Assembly: GCF_018350175.1 (NCBI RefSeq)
Contig: NC_058368.1
Coordinates: forward strand, 84,260,001 to 84,324,000
Reading direction: 5' to 3'
Source of the DNA: Felis catus
Lineage: Eukaryota
Length of the DNA: 64,000 bases
Shown: positions 59,873 through 64,000 of the stretch, in pieces
Layout of the letters: each line of letters starts with the position of its first letter
Position numbering within the stretch: the stretch's first letter is position 1
The notes under the pieces: generated by a model
The model's database searches: none
Told to the model about the DNA's origin: nothing
The model's input: the letters and a program-made list of their open reading frames with translations, nothing else
Position numbers and translations under genes: made by a program

Positions 59873-62197
59873 CTCAGCTGAATTTTTTTTTAGCAGTTCT
59901 TATTATTAGATATCAAACACTGTTGGAGCCAACAGAGGGCGAGGCATGTCTGAAACAAGATGTATTAGTGGTTTATCTGACATCAGAGCCATAAACCTCT
60001 GGCTGGCAGTCAGCTGCAGAATGCAGGCAGCTCCAGGAATTGTCCCACACCTACCAACATTGAGCAGGTGAAGATAAGGGAGAGCCATAAAATTTGGCTG
60101 GACTCCACTGATAAGCAGGTACCTCTGAACACTATTTCTGTTACTAGCTCAGTCATCTGGGAGTGTTTTCCTCTTCTTCTGTCAAGTCCTTCCCTCCAGC
60201 TGACTGTATGTATCTTCATATTCCTCTTCCTCTCTTCTCAACTTCTTTCCCTTTCTCCAATTCTTGTAGTTCTTCTAGTTGCAGACTACTTTCTCTCATC
60301 TCTTTTTATGCTTCCAGACCAATTTGCCTGTCTTTCAGATTCTGCCTTCTTGTCTGTCACCTTGTCTCTGGTTGTGTCTTATATATTTTTTAAGAAAAAT
60401 TATTTCAATTCAGGATAAAAAAGAGACTATACAAAGTGGCAGGTGAACTACACACCTATTTGAATTTTTTTTTTTAACTTTGTTTTTGTTGGTTCCATGA
60501 AGACATAGCTTCCCTCTCTCTAAGGGACACCATCCTAAGGCCTCATGTCCTTTCTTGTTATTGGCAGGTCCCCCTTCCAACTGGGTAGCCTTATACAGTC
60601 CCTTCTGCTAAATGCCCTGTTCAAGAGAGAAGGAAGAGTTTGTGATCAGGGATTTAGGAAGTCCCTGTGCAAAGTGGAATTGTTGGCTGGGTAAAGATTA
60701 ACTGGAAGAAGGCCAAATGGGAGAACAGAAACTGCACATTCCTACCCTGTGGTGCAGGGGCAGGTGGGCTTGTGGCCTCTTTCTCCAAGGAGAGTGGGAG
60801 GCTGAAACCACAACAGCACCACTGAGGTGAGAAGAAGGAGAAGGTGGCTTTAAATGACTCTCATTTTCCTCTAAGCAGCAGCAACGCCTGAGAGTTCTGC
60901 AGCTCAAGGAGCCTCATACCAGGAAACCCTCCCATGCCAGTGTTCCCACTACTTCTTCCACTCTTTTCTGTTTCCCAACCTCTGTAGGAGTTCCTGCCTC
61001 ACCTTAGGAGGACAGGCTCTGGCATGCCTAAAATTCTCTTCTATTGAGTGTGGAGAGGACTCTGCCTAATGGCATGTTATCACAGAAATCACAAGGCAAG
61101 AGGAAAGGGGACAAGGTGGCCTAGAAGCACATGTGAGATGAAGCAGTAACTGAGCAAGGATGAATTTGTCTTCTCTTGATAAACTCCAAACTAATCTCCT
61201 TTCCATCCTAGAACAAAATGATCCTGTCTTAAATGGGGAAGAAACCCATTTTTATACCCCCTCCTTCCAAAAATATTGATGAATAAGTCAGCTGGCTCAT
61301 CTCCACTGTGTGGTGATAACCACCTTGCCTGCACTGAGGAAGGAGAAATCACTGCCCAGCATTCCAAGTTCTTCAACAGCATTGGATGGTCATCACCTCA
61401 TGTCCAAAGCAGAAATGTCTAGCAGCCCCCTCTATTGCCTCCAGGCTGGTCCATAGTCAATCTGGAACTTAGAGTTCTCATGCCCTGACCCCACACCTCT
61501 CCACGAATGCATCCACCATCTCACAGCTTTCACCAAAACACCTTTCACAGGCTCCACTTCCTCCACTGGCCATATCATTTTAGTGCTTTTGATAACCTTA
61601 GATGTTATCTACCCAATCTGGCCCCCCTTCTTGCAGATTGGAACACCAAAGCCCAGAGGGGTTGAGTGTCTCATGCATATGCACGAACACCTGTGTGGCA
61701 GAGGCAGGCCAATAACAACTGTATCTGGACAGTATGGCCAGTGTTTTTCGGTCCTGGGTGACATCTGCCCCTTTCACACTCAAGTGTCCCAGTTTAGACC
61801 ATACATGTTGTATGGTCACTTTACTTTATAGAATGTCTATTGTACAATGTTAAGTGTTGAGTGAGATGGAGTCAGAGATGACATCAGGAGTGACACTGGG
61901 CCAGTCCTGCAATGAGTAAAAGGAGCCATGGGGCATTTGGTCTAAAGTCCACATGAGCTGGGCCTCAGAACCATAGGCAGAAGTCTAACAGGTTAAGCAG
62001 GGGGAAAATTTGTGCCAAGAGTAGCACAAGTATAAGCAAGTCAATGAGCAAATGTCTGGTAAAAAAGTGCCATGTGCCACCCCCTGAGAACACCAAGATA
62101 GGTGAGTCACAGGCCCTGGCCAGATGAGCTTAGGACAATTTCAGAAGAGTAAAGCATGGGTGAGAGGACTGGTAAAGGCAGTATGAGGGGGGATTCC

Positions 62198-62609
62198 TTT
62201 TTTTTTTTTTTTTTTTTCCAATTTAAATTCAAATAATTAACATACATTATAGTCTTGGCTTTAGGAGTAAAACCCAGTGATTCATCTCTTACATATGACA
62301 TCCAGTGCTTATCCCAAAAAGTGCCCTCCTTAATGCCTATCACCCATTTAACCCATTTCCCCACCTATCTCCCCCCCAGCAACCCTCAGTTTGTTCTCTG
62401 TATTTAAGAGTCTCTTATGGTTTGCCTCCCCTGTGTTATCTTATTTTTCCTTCCCTTCCCCTATGCTCATCTGTTGAGTTCCTCAAATTCCACAATGATT
62501 AAATCATATGATATCTTTCTGACTTATTTCACTTAGTATAATACACTCTAGTTCCATTCATAGTTGCAAATGGCAAGGTCTCATTCTTTTTTATTGCCGA
62601 GTAGTATTC

Positions 62610-62651
<42 letters not shown>

Positions 62652-62873
62652 ACACATATACAGTGGATATTTGAGTTCTTTCCATAATTTGACTATTGTT
62701 GACAGCACTGCTATAAACAGTGGGGTGCAGGTGCCTCTTCAAATCACCATTTTTGTATCCTTTGGATAAGTACCTAGTAGTGCAGTTTCTGGGTCATAGG
62801 ATAGCTTTTTAATTTTTTGAGGAACCTCCATACTGTTTTCCAGAGTAGCTGCACCAGTTTGTACTCCCACCAA
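62198..62873 (-). mobile_element. 5'-truncated LINE-1 3' end
   Basis: Poly-T, 3'UTR, ORF2 C-terminus, internal (TG)n. Confidence 0.9.
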
Positions 62874-63864
62874 ACCATTTCTCCAGCCTGAGGACAGGGA
62901 CTGGTCCAGAGCTTCAAAGAGTAATTCCCTGCTCAAAGCCCTCTGTTATCTTTCCTAACCTTCCAGAGCTCCCTGAATGCCCTCTTAAACATCTATTTGT
63001 TTACTTCCCTGTATCACCTGTTACCTGTATGCACCTGTGTTCGCTACCTGACTTTCCCATCCATGGTATTACACCTTGTGGTGTTCCTAGCAAGCCCTAC
63101 CACATTGTTCGCAACTCTAAAAGATCTTGCTAAATATCTAATACACCACACACCCTTTTGCCAGCCAGTGAAATGGTCCCCTGGCTCCCTTAATTCAAGA
63201 TATGGTGCAGTGTGGCAGCCTGGGGCTCCAGAATGGCGGACAAAGAGGAAGCCAAGGGCTCAGGAGCAGTGGTGGAGGGAAGCCAAAGGGACTTCTCAAG
63301 AGGGGAATATGTAAGGAGGGTGAAGTAGAGAGAGGGACAAGGCACTAAGAAGGACAAGGAAGGAGGTGGGTTCTGAGGAGGAGAACAGGGCATCAAGAGG
63401 CACAGAACATCTGGTCTCAAATGACCAGCTGCCTACCAGACCTGAACCAGTTTTCACATACAACAGGAGATTCAAGCACACCAGAAATGCAGGAAGCCCA
63501 GGTGGGCTCCACTCTGCTGCATACACCCCACCTCCCACCCCTCTAGGTTCCCAGGACCACCCACCAAGGGTCGAGGAGGCAAACCTCACAGGCCTGCAGT
63601 ATTATCACATCGACAGAACCAGAACCAACAGATTGAGCTCAGCCCGCTTTCTGGTGGCTGCTGCCCTCTGCTGACCAAACAGGACTACAACCCAAGAAGC
63701 CCATCTTAGCTATGCGTGAGAGCAAAGTTGAGGGTGACCACCAAACTCACAACCAGAGGACGAGGTAAATCCAAATCTCATTGGGGCCTTTATAAAAAGT
63801 CTCCTTCTCTAGCACTAGATAGTAGGAGGCCTCCTAATTTGAAGTTCATTTCATCTCAAAACTG

Positions 63865-63990
63865 CAGGGAACTAATAGGGATCATTGTGGCTAACATCCT
63901 GTCTGACCTGGCATAGTGTTAGGCACACCTACACTGTCTCATTTTGTAGGTGATAAAATTGGAGCCTAGAGAAGTGTGAGAATACCCTCC
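63865..63990 (-). mobile_element. MIR fragment
   Basis: CTCATTTTGTAGGTGATAAAATTGGAGCCTAGAGAAG. Confidence 0.55.
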
Positions 63991-64000
63991 CGGAGACATA

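Noticed and set aside
1..64000. CRISPR array or prokaryotic defence/RT system
   Set aside because: No repeat-spacer array or operon structure; the RT is ordinary LINE-1 ORF2 in mammalian DNA.

Overview
Mammalian genomic DNA from a felid, judged by the cat-type Can-SINEs and carnivore LINE-1s. About two thirds of the window is nested LINE-1, plus about 10 Can-SINEs, MIR, MaLR and ERV1 LTRs, hAT relics and a full-length NPM1 processed pseudogene. The only intact conventional ORF I can support is one L1 ORF1; nearly all other ORF-track entries are L1/SINE fragments or antisense shadows. The main signal lies in the non-repeat islands on the minus strand (about 25.8-48 kb): at least 15 AG...GT-bounded exon relics whose splice phases mostly chain correctly and whose stops are mostly one C>T from CGA/CAA/CAG. 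The reconstructed peptide carries, in order, motifs resembling A-type malate synthase. This suggests a decayed, intron-containing malate-synthase-like gene, with one exon split by a TSD-flanked L1. The family call is by eye and needs a profile search. Repeat subfamily names are from memory of consensus sequences, and repeat boundaries without TSDs are approximate.
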